Source: Escherichia phage Mimir124
Reading direction: 5' to 3' (one strand)
Length of the DNA: 64,000 nucleotides
Sequence record: PQ310662.1
Shown here: piece after piece, positions 18,668 through 27,439 of the stretch
Layout: the number at the start of each line of letters is the position of its first letter
Position numbering within the stretch: position 1 is the first letter of the stretch
Position numbers and translations under genes: made by a program
Notes under the pieces: generated by a model
What the model was told of the DNA's origin: nothing
The model's input: only the letters and a program-made list of their open reading frames with translations
Databases searched by the model: none

Positions 18668-19140
18668 TGACTAAGCTCTCCGGCGGATTGAATAACTGGT
18701 ATGTAGTACCAATTAAGAACCCCCAACGGAAAGAGCAAGAGCCATACCAAGCAGAGTGTGAGGATATTATCCAAGCACTGGGCATGACCTTTGATGAAGG
18801 TTGTGCCTTTAAAGCTCTATGGCGAAACGCTGCTGCCCGTATGGGTAATGGTAAACCTGGAAACACTACAGTGTATGATTGTGAGAAGCTAGTTCATTAT
18901 GCTAATCGTCTACTTGCTAAAGCTTACCTTGATTCTAGGGATAGTGGTGAAGTAGTTAAGTTGGAAGAATCCTGTACCGATTGGGTTTACAGTAATGAAA
19001 GACCTTCCTTCATGCGTAAGTGGAAGAAGATTGAGTATGAGTACAAAAACCATTGTAAAACATACACATGCTTTTCGGGAGAACCACAGTTCCAGTCTAT
19101 CAATTGGGCAGATATTTACCGTTATAGGATTTTCTACTAA
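18667..19140 (+). CDS. hypothetical Cys-rich protein
   Basis: 157-aa ORF with several Cys (CEDI, CEKL, CTDW, HCKTYTC). Confidence 0.35.
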   Translation: MTKLSGGLNNWYVVPIKNPQRKEQEPYQAECEDIIQALGMTFDEGCAFKALWRNAAARMGNGKPGNTTVYDCEKLVHYANRLLAKAYLDSRDSGEVVKLEESCTDWVYSNERPSFMRKWKKIEYEYKNHCKTYTCFSGEPQFQSINWADIYRYRIFY

Positions 19141-19211
19141 TGAAAATAACCAACAACCATGATGTCTCACTGGCCCTGGCTGTATGGCTATTGCATGACG
19201 AGTAACTAATT

Positions 19212-19709
19212 ATGAAACAGAGGATTGCCCATGACAGGCTTTTACAGCTTGTTAGTTATGACCCTATTTCCGGGATTTTTACTCGTAGGAATACCGGAAA
19301 GGTATCCGGTTACCTAATGAAGAGTGGCTACATTCAACTTCGTGTGGATAGCGTGTTGTACTATGGGCATATCCTTGCATGGTTTTATGTGCACGGTGTA
19401 TGGCCTACGGATAGGATTGACCATAAGGACAATATACGCCATCACAACTGGATAGATAACCTCAGAGAAGCGACCCACAAGCAGAATAACCAGAGTGCTG
19501 TTTTATCTAAAACAAACACATCTGGGTTTAAGGGTGTCTCCTTTTCAAAGAGTATGGGTAAGTACAGAGCAACTATTTGGGTTAATAGCAAACCAATTAC
19601 ATTAGGTTACACAGATAACCCAATAGAGGCTGCTGTTCTCTACGATGAAGCTGCTGTAACTCATTATGGTGAGTTTGCCAAAACCAACAAACAATTAGGA
19701 CTGTTATGA
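19212..19709 (+). CDS. HNH homing endonuclease with AP2 domain (copy 3)
   Basis: DRIDHKDNIRHHNWIDNLREATHKQN (HNH) and SGFKGVSFSKSMGKYRATIWVNSKPITLGYTDNPIEAAVLYDEAA (AP2-like). Confidence 0.65.
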   Translation: MKQRIAHDRLLQLVSYDPISGIFTRRNTGKVSGYLMKSGYIQLRVDSVLYYGHILAWFYVHGVWPTDRIDHKDNIRHHNWIDNLREATHKQNNQSAVLSKTNTSGFKGVSFSKSMGKYRATIWVNSKPITLGYTDNPIEAAVLYDEAAVTHYGEFAKTNKQLGLL

Positions 19710-20686
19710 AACTTACTAACAATCATGATGTTAGTCTTGCACTAGCTGTTTGGCTTGTTACAGATGATTATGATTACGTAGACAATCCTAAGTACCTGTC
19801 TGCTACTACATTGCTTAAACCTATTAAGCAAATCGTCATGAAGCATCGTGTAGATTTTAGTGACCAGTCAATTGATGTTATGGATTTCGTATCCACATCA
19901 ATGGGTACTGGCTTACATGACTCTATAGAGAAAGCCTGGAAGCTAGGTCATAAGACTGCATTGAAGAAGTTGGGTTACCCTCAACGAGTAATTGATGCAG
20001 TAGTCATTAACCCAACCAAAGCAGACTTTGCTACTAATCCTGACCTTATCCCAATCTACATTGAACAACGTGGAACCAAGCAGGTTAAGGGATGGACTAT
20101 TGGTGGTAAATTCGACATCGTAACAGAAGGTCTGTTACAAGACTTCAAGTCTACCTCAACCTATTCTTGGGTTGCTGGTTCCCGTGATGATGAACACAAG
20201 ATGCAAGGCAGCTTGTACCGTTGGATTCACAACGACATCATTACTGAGGATGTAATTCGTATTAACTACATCTTCACTGACTTCATGAAACACATGGCTA
20301 ACAGCAATCCGAACTATCCTGCTAATCGTATTATGCATAAGGATATACCGTTGCTGTCTGTCGAGAAGACTGAGCGTTGGGTGGAAGAGAAGATTCACTT
20401 AATCGAAAAGTACTGGGATGCACCTGAAGAGGAAATCCCTGAATGTACTGACGAGGAGTTGTGGCGAACAGAGCCACAGTTCAAATACTTCTCTGATGCT
20501 TCTAAGGTAGATGTACCTGGAGCCAGAAGTACCAAAAACTTTGACGATATGGCATCTGCCCGTATCTTCATGGCTGAAAAGGGTGGCAAGGGTGCTATCA
20601 AGGTCGTGGAGGGACAGGTTAAAAGATGTCTTTACTGCCCTGTCGCTTCTATTTGCAAACAAAGAGAGAGATATTTTCCATCATGA
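19706..20686 (+). CDS. putative PD-(D/E)xK nuclease with C-terminal CxxCx5C cysteine cluster (Cas4/RecB-like)
   Basis: D..E.K-like core (KFDIVTEGLLQDFK) and C-terminal KRCLYCPVASICK = C-x2-C-x5-C plus upstream Cys (PECTDEE). Confidence 0.4.
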   Translation: MKLTNNHDVSLALAVWLVTDDYDYVDNPKYLSATTLLKPIKQIVMKHRVDFSDQSIDVMDFVSTSMGTGLHDSIEKAWKLGHKTALKKLGYPQRVIDAVVINPTKADFATNPDLIPIYIEQRGTKQVKGWTIGGKFDIVTEGLLQDFKSTSTYSWVAGSRDDEHKMQGSLYRWIHNDIITEDVIRINYIFTDFMKHMANSNPNYPANRIMHKDIPLLSVEKTERWVEEKIHLIEKYWDAPEEEIPECTDEELWRTEPQFKYFSDASKVDVPGARSTKNFDDMASARIFMAEKGGKGAIKVVEGQVKRCLYCPVASICKQRERYFPS

Positions 20687-22836
20687 GTATTGACCTTACC
20701 GGAGTAGTGCACCATCCAGCGATTGAAGAAATCGTAGATGTGCTCTGCAATAAAACCCAGAATAATGACCGGGGATTCTTCCGTGTCGAAGTAGCCTACT
20801 TCTTGGCTAAAATGGCATCCTGCATGGGTGCAACCATCGTAACTAAAGACCGTGGTGACCTGCCGGTAAACATCTACGCTATGGCGTTGGCTACATCTGG
20901 TTTCGGTAAAGGTCACTCGGTAAATATTATTGAAGACGGGTTCATGACTGGATTCCGTAAGCGATTTATGGAAGACACCATGCCCGTCATTGCAAATGAC
21001 CGATTATGGAAGATTGCTAACGAACGTGCTGCTCGTCAGGGTACGGACCAGAATGATGAGTTCGACAAAGTTGAAGCAGAGTATAAACGTGCTGGGGCAT
21101 TCCCATTCACGTTCGACTCTGGTACAGCACCTGCTGTAAAACAACTTCGACACAAGCTGCTTATGGCTGGTTGCGGTGCTATTAACTTACAGATTGATGA
21201 GATTGGTTCCAACCTCATTGCCAACGTTGAAGTACTTAACCTGTTCCTTGAGTTGTATGACCAGGGGAAAGTAAAACAGAAGTTAACCAAGAACACTGCT
21301 GAAAGTATTCGTGGCGAAGAACTGGATGGTAAGACTCCTGCTAACCTGCTGCTGTTCGGTACTCCGAGTAAGCTGCTGGATGGTGGTCAGACTGAAGACC
21401 AGTTCTATGACTTCCTTGATACAGGGTATGCACGTCGTTGTCTGTTTGCCATTGGGCATTTAGACAAGCGAGCACATGCAACGATGACCCCGGAAGAAAT
21501 CTACCGTAACCTGATTAAGCAGGATAACGTTCAGTCTCTTGGTAAGTGGGCTAACCACTTCCATAGTCTGGCTGACCCAAACCTGTTTGGCTTTAAGATG
21601 ATTGTGGAAGATGCAGTGGGTATTGCTCTGATTACTTACAAAATTGATTGTGAGAAAAAAGCAGAAGCTATGGCTGACCACGAAGAAATTCGTAAGGCTG
21701 AAATATCCCACCGTTACTTCAAGGCTCTTAAGCTGGCAGGTGCACTGGCGTTTGTTGATCAGAGTTCATTCATTGAGATGTCTCACCTTAAACAAGCAAT
21801 CTTGCTCGTAGAAGAATCTGGGGCAGCATTCCAGGGTATTCTCAATCGTGAGAAAGCCTATGTGAAGCTGGCTAAGTACATTGCCTCCGTAGGCAAAGAG
21901 GTTACTCATGCTGACTTGCTGGAGTCATTACCTTTCTATAAGAGTGGCAATGCGGCTCGTAATGAGATGATGACTCTTGCTACAGCATGGGGTTACAAAC
22001 AGCACATCATTATTAAGAAGACCTTCAATGAGGGTATTGAGTTCTTCCGTGGTGAGACTCTGAAAGAGACTGACACCAATGAGATGATAGTGGCATATAG
22101 TGATAGCTTTGCTTATGACTATGTTGGTGAACGTGTACCGTTTGACCAGCTACATGTATTAACCCAAGCTCCCGGTATGCACTGGGTGAACCATCATATG
22201 AAGAATGGACATCGTTCTGAAGAGAACGTTATCCCAGGATTTAACATGATTGTTATTGACTGTGATGGTGGAGTACCACTGCATACGTGCCATGAACTGA
22301 TGAAGGAATATAAGTTCATGACCTATACCACTAAGCGTCATACCGACGAAGAGAACCGCTTCCGTCTGATTATTCCAATGAACTATGAGCTACACCTCGA
22401 CACTGAGGAATACAAAGAGTTCATGAATAACGTTATGGCTTGGCTACCATTCGAAACGGATGAGTCTGCTAACCAACGAGCCAAGAAGTGGATGTCCTGT
22501 GAGACTGGTTCCTATCATTACAACCTTGATGCGAATCTGTTGGATGTACGTGACTTTATTCCTCGTACCAGTAAGAACGAGCAGTTCCAGAACCAGATGA
22601 AGGAAGTACAGTCGCTGGACAATCTGGAGCGTTGGTTCGCTGGTCGTATTGCCTCCGGTAATCGTAATAATCAAATGATTAAGTACGCACTGGCATTAGT
22701 AGACAGTGGTTGGGACTTTGCTCAAGTACAGCAAGCCGTCTATTCATTCAATAAGAAACTGGCTAATCCATTGCCAGATGATGAATTGAATTCAACCGTA
22801 ATGGTCACCGTGGCTAAACGCTTCGCTGGCAAGTAA
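20683..22836 (+). CDS. putative DNA primase (primase-polymerase-like)
   Basis: 717 aa from ATG 20683 (ATGA overlap with upstream stop); hhhDxD-like motif VIDCDGGV; position between polymerase and SSB-like genes. Confidence 0.4.
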   Translation: MSIDLTGVVHHPAIEEIVDVLCNKTQNNDRGFFRVEVAYFLAKMASCMGATIVTKDRGDLPVNIYAMALATSGFGKGHSVNIIEDGFMTGFRKRFMEDTMPVIANDRLWKIANERAARQGTDQNDEFDKVEAEYKRAGAFPFTFDSGTAPAVKQLRHKLLMAGCGAINLQIDEIGSNLIANVEVLNLFLELYDQGKVKQKLTKNTAESIRGEELDGKTPANLLLFGTPSKLLDGGQTEDQFYDFLDTGYARRCLFAIGHLDKRAHATMTPEEIYRNLIKQDNVQSLGKWANHFHSLADPNLFGFKMIVEDAVGIALITYKIDCEKKAEAMADHEEIRKAEISHRYFKALKLAGALAFVDQSSFIEMSHLKQAILLVEESGAAFQGILNREKAYVKLAKYIASVGKEVTHADLLESLPFYKSGNAARNEMMTLATAWGYKQHIIIKKTFNEGIEFFRGETLKETDTNEMIVAYSDSFAYDYVGERVPFDQLHVLTQAPGMHWVNHHMKNGHRSEENVIPGFNMIVIDCDGGVPLHTCHELMKEYKFMTYTTKRHTDEENRFRLIIPMNYELHLDTEEYKEFMNNVMAWLPFETDESANQRAKKWMSCETGSYHYNLDANLLDVRDFIPRTSKNEQFQNQMKEVQSLDNLERWFAGRIASGNRNNQMIKYALALVDSGWDFAQVQQAVYSFNKKLANPLPDDELNSTVMVTVAKRFAGK

Positions 22837-22892
22837 GAAAACAGGAGTCTTTCTTTGGTTTGAAGGACTCCTAAACTAAACGAGGAAAAATA

Positions 22893-23645
22893 ATGTCCGA
22901 AGAAATCTCCAATGATATGAACACTCAGCTAATCCTGATTGCAGGATTCTCAGCGAGTGGTAAATCAGCATCACTGCGTAATATCCGGAACCAGGAACGC
23001 TGGTTGTATCTGAATACAGAAGCAGGTAAGCGTCTACCTTTCCGTAATAAGTTCAACACCTACAACATTGAAGACCCATATCAGATTTGGGAAGCATTTG
23101 ATGTTGCATCTCCAGGGGGTGAAATGGCAGACGATGTTGATGGTATCATTATCGACTCTGCCACCTTCATGATGGACATGCTGGAATCCCAGTATGTATT
23201 GCCATCTGCTAATACCCAGAAAGCCTGGGGGGACTTTGCACAGTTCTTTAAAATACTGCTGCAACAGAAAGTCGTTAAGTTTGGTAAGCCAGTAATCATT
23301 ACTGCCCATGCTAAAGATGAACTCGACGAAGCTGCTGGTGTGATGAAAACATTCATCCCAGTGAAAGGCTCCCTGAAGAATAATGGCCTTGAGGCTTACT
23401 TCTCTACAGTGGTTTACGCAGAACGCGTAGATATTAAGGAACTGGAGAAGTATGGCAACAAGATGCTTGATATTACGGAAGAAGAACGTGACTTAGGCTA
23501 TAAGCACGTATTCCAGACACGTCCAACCAAGAAGTCTGTTGGTAAACGTCTTCGCTCACCGATGGGTATGTTCGATAAGTCTCAGACTTACATTGATAAT
23601 GATGCCCAGAAACTCTTAGACCATCTGGCTGAATACTACGCTTAA
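22893..23645 (+). CDS. P-loop NTPase
   Basis: Walker A GFSASGKSA near N-terminus, hhhhD Walker B-like IIIDSAT. Confidence 0.45.
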   Translation: MSEEISNDMNTQLILIAGFSASGKSASLRNIRNQERWLYLNTEAGKRLPFRNKFNTYNIEDPYQIWEAFDVASPGGEMADDVDGIIIDSATFMMDMLESQYVLPSANTQKAWGDFAQFFKILLQQKVVKFGKPVIITAHAKDELDEAAGVMKTFIPVKGSLKNNGLEAYFSTVVYAERVDIKELEKYGNKMLDITEEERDLGYKHVFQTRPTKKSVGKRLRSPMGMFDKSQTYIDNDAQKLLDHLAEYYA

Positions 23646-23685
23646 GCGTTTGCCTGGTTGTTAATCACTTATTAGGAAAAATATT

Positions 23686-24489
23686 ATGTCACTGTTCGGT
23701 AACTTGAAAGAAAAGACCAAAAACGTTGAAGCTGCAAAAGACACTCTTGGTGGTGGTGGCTTCGGTGCAAAAGAATCTGATATCTACACCGGTACTGTAA
23801 AAGTAGCTTACGTAGGTAAAGCTGATTCTGGTGCAGACTGGATGCAGTTAATCATTGAAAACCTGAAAGGTTCTGATGGCAATGATGCTGGTGAGTTCCG
23901 TGCCCAGGTATACTTCACTTCCGGTAATGCTAAAGGCAATAAGCCGACTTACGAGAAGAATGGTAAAGAGTACTTCCTGCCTGGTTACACTGTCATTAAT
24001 GACATGATGCTGATGGCTACTGGTTGTGAACTGCCAGATGCAGACTTCGAAGAGAAGATTGTTAAAGTCTATGACTTCGACCTGAAAGCAGAAACCAATA
24101 AGTCTGTCATGGTTCCAGTTGATCTGGTGGGCCAGACTGTTACCTTCGCTCTGGAAAAGGTTCTGGAAGCTAAGCAGGTTAAGGGTGATAACGGTTACGT
24201 TGACTCCGGAGAAACTCGCGAAGTAAACGAGATTCAGAAAGTGTTTCACCCGGAACTGCTGGTTACAGTCGTCGAGGCTCAGGAAGCAGAGAAGGCTGAG
24301 AAAGAACTGACCCCAGAACTGGCTGTATTCTATACAGCATGGTTGGAAAAGAACAAAGGTAAAACCCGTGATAAGACCAAGGGTTCTGCTGGTGGTAATG
24401 GTAAAGGTGGCTTACCTCCTAAACCAGGTGCAGGTGCTGGCACAGGTACTACTCCTGCTGGGGGTAAATCTCTGTTCGGTAAGCGTTAA
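23686..24489 (+). CDS. putative single-stranded DNA-binding protein (assignment by position and size)
   Basis: 267 aa, Gly-rich termini; sits where an SSB is expected in N4-like gene order; no OB-fold motif verified. Confidence 0.3.
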   Translation: MSLFGNLKEKTKNVEAAKDTLGGGGFGAKESDIYTGTVKVAYVGKADSGADWMQLIIENLKGSDGNDAGEFRAQVYFTSGNAKGNKPTYEKNGKEYFLPGYTVINDMMLMATGCELPDADFEEKIVKVYDFDLKAETNKSVMVPVDLVGQTVTFALEKVLEAKQVKGDNGYVDSGETREVNEIQKVFHPELLVTVVEAQEAEKAEKELTPELAVFYTAWLEKNKGKTRDKTKGSAGGNGKGGLPPKPGAGAGTGTTPAGGKSLFGKR

Positions 24490-25043
24490 TGAAAATCCCA
24501 ATTGTCGGTGCAGATATTAGTCTCCGCAATTGGGGATTAGCTCGTGGGATGCTGGACATTGAGTCCGGTGTCTTCGAGCAGGTCGAACTTAAACTGGTTC
24601 AAACTGAAGTTGACCACAACAAACAAGTTCGAACCAACTCCAAAGATATACAAGCTGCCCATGATTTGTTTCTTGGTTGCAAAGAATGGTTACGGTCTGC
24701 TAAAGCAGTGTTTGTAGAAGTACCAGTAGGCTCTCAGTCTGCTAACGGTATGAAGTCCTATGGTGTATGCGTAGGATTAATCGGTGCATTCCGTGCATTG
24801 GGTTGCCCAATCTTTGAAGTATCCCCAATTGAAAACAAACTTGCACTGGTCGGTGATAAAACTGCATCCAAAGACACGATGATTCGTGCTGCTCATGCCA
24901 TCTATCCCGAAGCCAACTGGCTCACGGATAAGAAAGGTAAACTCCTGAATAAGAATGAGCACTTAGCTGATGCAATCGGTGCAATCCACGCTGGGGTAAA
25001 TCTACCAGCTTTCCAGAATCTCATTAAATTAATAAAGGCATAA
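24489..25043 (+). CDS. RuvC-like Holliday junction resolvase
   Basis: N-terminal IVGADISLRNWG (catalytic Asp context), FVEVPVGSQ, and C-terminal NEHLADAIGAIHAG resembling the RuvC DAxDAxAIA motif. Confidence 0.5.
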   Translation: MKIPIVGADISLRNWGLARGMLDIESGVFEQVELKLVQTEVDHNKQVRTNSKDIQAAHDLFLGCKEWLRSAKAVFVEVPVGSQSANGMKSYGVCVGLIGAFRALGCPIFEVSPIENKLALVGDKTASKDTMIRAAHAIYPEANWLTDKKGKLLNKNEHLADAIGAIHAGVNLPAFQNLIKLIKA

Positions 25044-25044
25044 T

Positions 25045-25494
25045 ATGCAAATCGTTCTGAACCAGTCTGAAGTAGAAGCTGCTATTGAAGCTTATGTAAA
25101 TGAACAAGTTAATCTTGCCGGGGACATTAATATCCTGGTGAATGCAGATGGTACTGCCACTATTGGTATCAATGAAGAGGTCGGTCATAGTGATGACACT
25201 CCCCCCGTGGTAGAGAAGAAGACTCGCCGTCCTCGTAAGAACCCACAAGAAGCCAAACACCGTCCGGTAGAACCGGAACCGGTTGTTGAGGATGAAGCTG
25301 AAGAAGAGGTAAAGGAAGAAGAAACCCAGACCTCTACTGGTGGACCGAACGGGAGTTCTACGCCGGAACCTGAAGAAGCAGTAGCTGAACCAGAAGCACA
25401 AGAAGAAGTTGTGCAGGAGGAAGTTAAGGCAGAAGAACCAGCAGAGAAACCTGCTGCGAAGCCTTCACTGTTCGCTGGCCTAAAACGTAGTTAA
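25045..25494 (+). CDS. protein with structured N-terminus, basic patch and long acidic Glu/Pro-rich tail
   Basis: 149 aa; KKTRRPRKNPQEAKHR followed by EPEPVVEDEAEEEVKEEE..EEAVAEPEAQEEVVQEEVKAEEPAEKP. Confidence 0.4.
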   Translation: MQIVLNQSEVEAAIEAYVNEQVNLAGDINILVNADGTATIGINEEVGHSDDTPPVVEKKTRRPRKNPQEAKHRPVEPEPVVEDEAEEEVKEEETQTSTGGPNGSSTPEPEEAVAEPEAQEEVVQEEVKAEEPAEKPAAKPSLFAGLKRS

Positions 25495-25725
25495 TCTGGT
25501 AGGTGGCTCAGAAGCTGCTGCTAGGTGTGGTAGTGTTTATAGTCCTGATGCTACTACTGGTCAGAATTATAGACGTGTCGGCTCCATACATAGCTTTTAT
25601 CATCACTGTCATTATCCTGTGGAAATGCAGTGGTAAACACGGTGGTGACAAGCCGCCAGAATAACAACAACCGAACCAGTGGATTGGAATACTCTCCCCA
25701 GTCCATTGGTTCAACCGGGGTTAAT

Positions 25726-25896
25726 ATGAACAAATTTACTATTCACTGGCTCAATGGAAAGGTTAGTTCTTTCATGGGTGAAGAACCTGCTGAAGGAAAC
25801 AAAGCATTCCACATTGATTCAGAAGGCTGCAAAATCTTAATACCTTATGCTTGGTATAAAGATGGTGAAGTTGAAGCATTGAAAAAGAGTAGTTAA
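25726..25896 (+). CDS. small hypothetical protein (start uncertain; longest ORF begins 25630)
   Basis: In-frame ATG at 25726 inside the 25630..25896 ORF; last + ORF before the ORF-poor region. Confidence 0.25.
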   Translation: MNKFTIHWLNGKVSSFMGEEPAEGNKAFHIDSEGCKILIPYAWYKDGEVEALKKSS

Positions 25897-26107
25897 TATC
25901 GTGAAGGGTTCTGTCAGAATCCTTTGAGATAGGAACTCCTATCATAACCTTTCTTAACTTAATCTTTGCCGTATGGCACTGACGCTAGGGGTGGCCCCCC
26001 ATCCGTCAGACAGACTATTTTAAGAATGGGTTATCTCAGAAAATGTAAAGCAACATTCGGGTTAATCAATGGCCTCTCCTATAGGGGCCATTTCTGAGTC
26101 TTAGGCT

Positions 26108-26135
26108 ATATCCCAAAGGTTAGTATCTTTGGGAT
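26108..26135 (+). repeat. perfect 10-bp inverted repeat (hairpin) with 8-nt loop
   Basis: TATCCCAAAG-gttagtat-CTTTGGGATA. Confidence 0.6.
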
Positions 26136-26577
26136 AAGGCTTCAGATCCCTTATCAAACTAGCTGCTCAATGTTGAGCATATTAATCAACCAAGCCCAAT
26201 AAGGGGGCGGGAGTTTAATGCCGGTAAGCATAAGCCTATCCGTCTACAACATCGAACTGTTAGATCTTACATGCAATATAGGGTATAAAGGGAGGACTCG
26301 TCCCCTCCCTCCTATTATGAACTATCGGAGAGTGCATTAGTTGATTAGCTGTGGAAGGTAGGCCGATGTCCACGAGCATGGCCCAGAGCTAGTGTACTCC
26401 CCGATAGTTTTCGTAGCGATTATGCGGTTTTTTAGAAACGAACCAATAACATAAATGCAAACGAAGAAGCGTATCTGATGGTCGCCTAACAGCGTAACCT
26501 CAGTCAGGAGTGAGTCGTCCTGATTATCAAACGACCGTGGAGTTCTCCCGTCCATGTATTAGAAACGGGGGACCAAT

Positions 26578-26701
26578 TACCAGTTGCACGAGATGGCTTG
26601 ACATGTTCAAGTTTGGACTAAGTGTGACACCGCTAGATTGGAGGGCTGCTGCGGTAAGCTATAGACTCCAACCGGAGGTTCGAATCCTTCACTGGTAACC
26701 A
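26578..26701 (+). ncRNA. tRNA-like element: perfect 7-bp acceptor-type helix plus canonical T-arm and encoded CCA, but about 121 nt long (non-canonical)
   Basis: TACCAGT (26578-84) pairs ACTGGTA (26691-97); T-arm GGAGG-TTCGAAT-CCTTC; discriminator A then CCA; interior cannot be folded into a standard cloverleaf by hand. Confidence 0.3.
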
Positions 26702-26777
26702 ATTCAAAGTAGCACTGTATCTTTAAATGTTTCCCGGCATTCAAAGAACCCACCGTGACAGTGCTACTCTGAATTGG
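26699..26777 (+). repeat. long inverted repeat: 19-bp stem with one A/C mismatch and 41-nt loop
   Basis: CCAATTCAAAGTAGCACTG (26699-26717) pairs CAGTGCTACTCTGAATTGG (26759-26777); starts at the CCA of the upstream tRNA-like element. Confidence 0.55.
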
Positions 26778-26805
26778 AAGAATTAAGACGGGTCTGGTTG
26801 AAGTA

Positions 26806-26899
26806 GATGGGGTTCGATTACCTCCGGTGGAGTAATCCACTAGCGTGCTTGGTGCACGAATAAGACTTAGTACTGGTGGTTCGATTCCATCCCCCGTTA
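26806..26899 (+). ncRNA. second tRNA-like element (T-arm and acceptor-type pairing present, cloverleaf unresolved, about 94 nt)
   Basis: T-arm GGTGG-TTCGATT-CCATC, 3' strand CCCCGTT pairs GATGGGG at 26806-12 with G-U pairs; interior has 4- and 5-nt hairpin loops, not a canonical anticodon arm. Confidence 0.2.
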
Positions 26900-27093
26900 C
26901 CTGAAGTCGCCAGGTACTTATGGCAAACGGGTAGTAACGAACTAGTCATTCGTCAAACGCCCACCCAATTATGAGTCAGCAAGAACGCCTTCACTTAAAC
27001 TTAAACAAAAAAGCTTAACGCAATAATTATGTAGGGGTATGTAAGGATTGCGAAGAAGGAGCCAGTTAGAGCCTGGCATGACTCACCTATTAT

Positions 27094-27167
27094 GTCCACT
27101 TAGCTTAGACTGGGAAAGCAACCGACTAATAATCGGAAGGTCACTGGTTCAAATCCAGTAGTGGATA
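27094..27167 (+). tRNA. tRNA, canonical cloverleaf; anticodon reads AAT (Ile-type, unusual A34)
   Basis: Acceptor GTCCACT/AGTGGAT (one G-U), D-stem GCTT/AAGC with GG in D-loop, anticodon stem ACCGA/TCGG(A) with loop CTAATAA, T-arm ACTGG-TTCAAAT-CCAGT; 74 nt, CCA not encoded. Confidence 0.6.
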
Positions 27168-27402
27168 CTTATTCAGCAGTAACATAGTCCTGATTGCATA
27201 GCACTCTAAAGACAACACTGGTAAGACAGTCCAGTGGCTGCTAATGTATTGTTATTCCCCTCGACGGGAATTTCGCTAGTGAAGGTAACACTTAAAAATC
27301 CAAACCTACGTCTTACTACTATCGGGCTATCAACCCACGGTCGCTTAACCCTGTAGTGATAGTAGTTTGACGGCCTGCCTCGTTGACTGCGTTAAAGTCA
27401 CT

Positions 27403-27439
27403 AAGTCCCTCGGAGCCGTCACTCTGGGGGACTTTTTTA
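27403..27439 (+). terminator. putative terminator closing the ORF-poor region
   Basis: AAGTCCC...GGGGACTT stem with long loop followed by TTTTTTATTT. Confidence 0.4.

Noticed and set aside
26578-26701. Group I intron inside a tRNA gene as explanation for the 121-nt tRNA-like element
   Set aside because: The insert of about 45 nt is far too short for a group I intron; only vague resemblance to core elements (GACTAAG, TATAGAC) was seen, so the intron idea is unsupported.
26806-26819. TTCGATT at 26813-26819 as a third tRNA T-loop
   Set aside because: Flanking bases do not form a T-stem (TGGGG versus ACCTC); the match is part of the putative acceptor region of another element.
26337-26840. ORFs 26337..26555 (-), 26510..26698 (+) and 26607..26840 (-) within the ORF-poor region
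   Set aside because: They overlap tRNA-like elements and hairpins, have no RBS and odd composition; the region is better explained as RNA or structural DNA.
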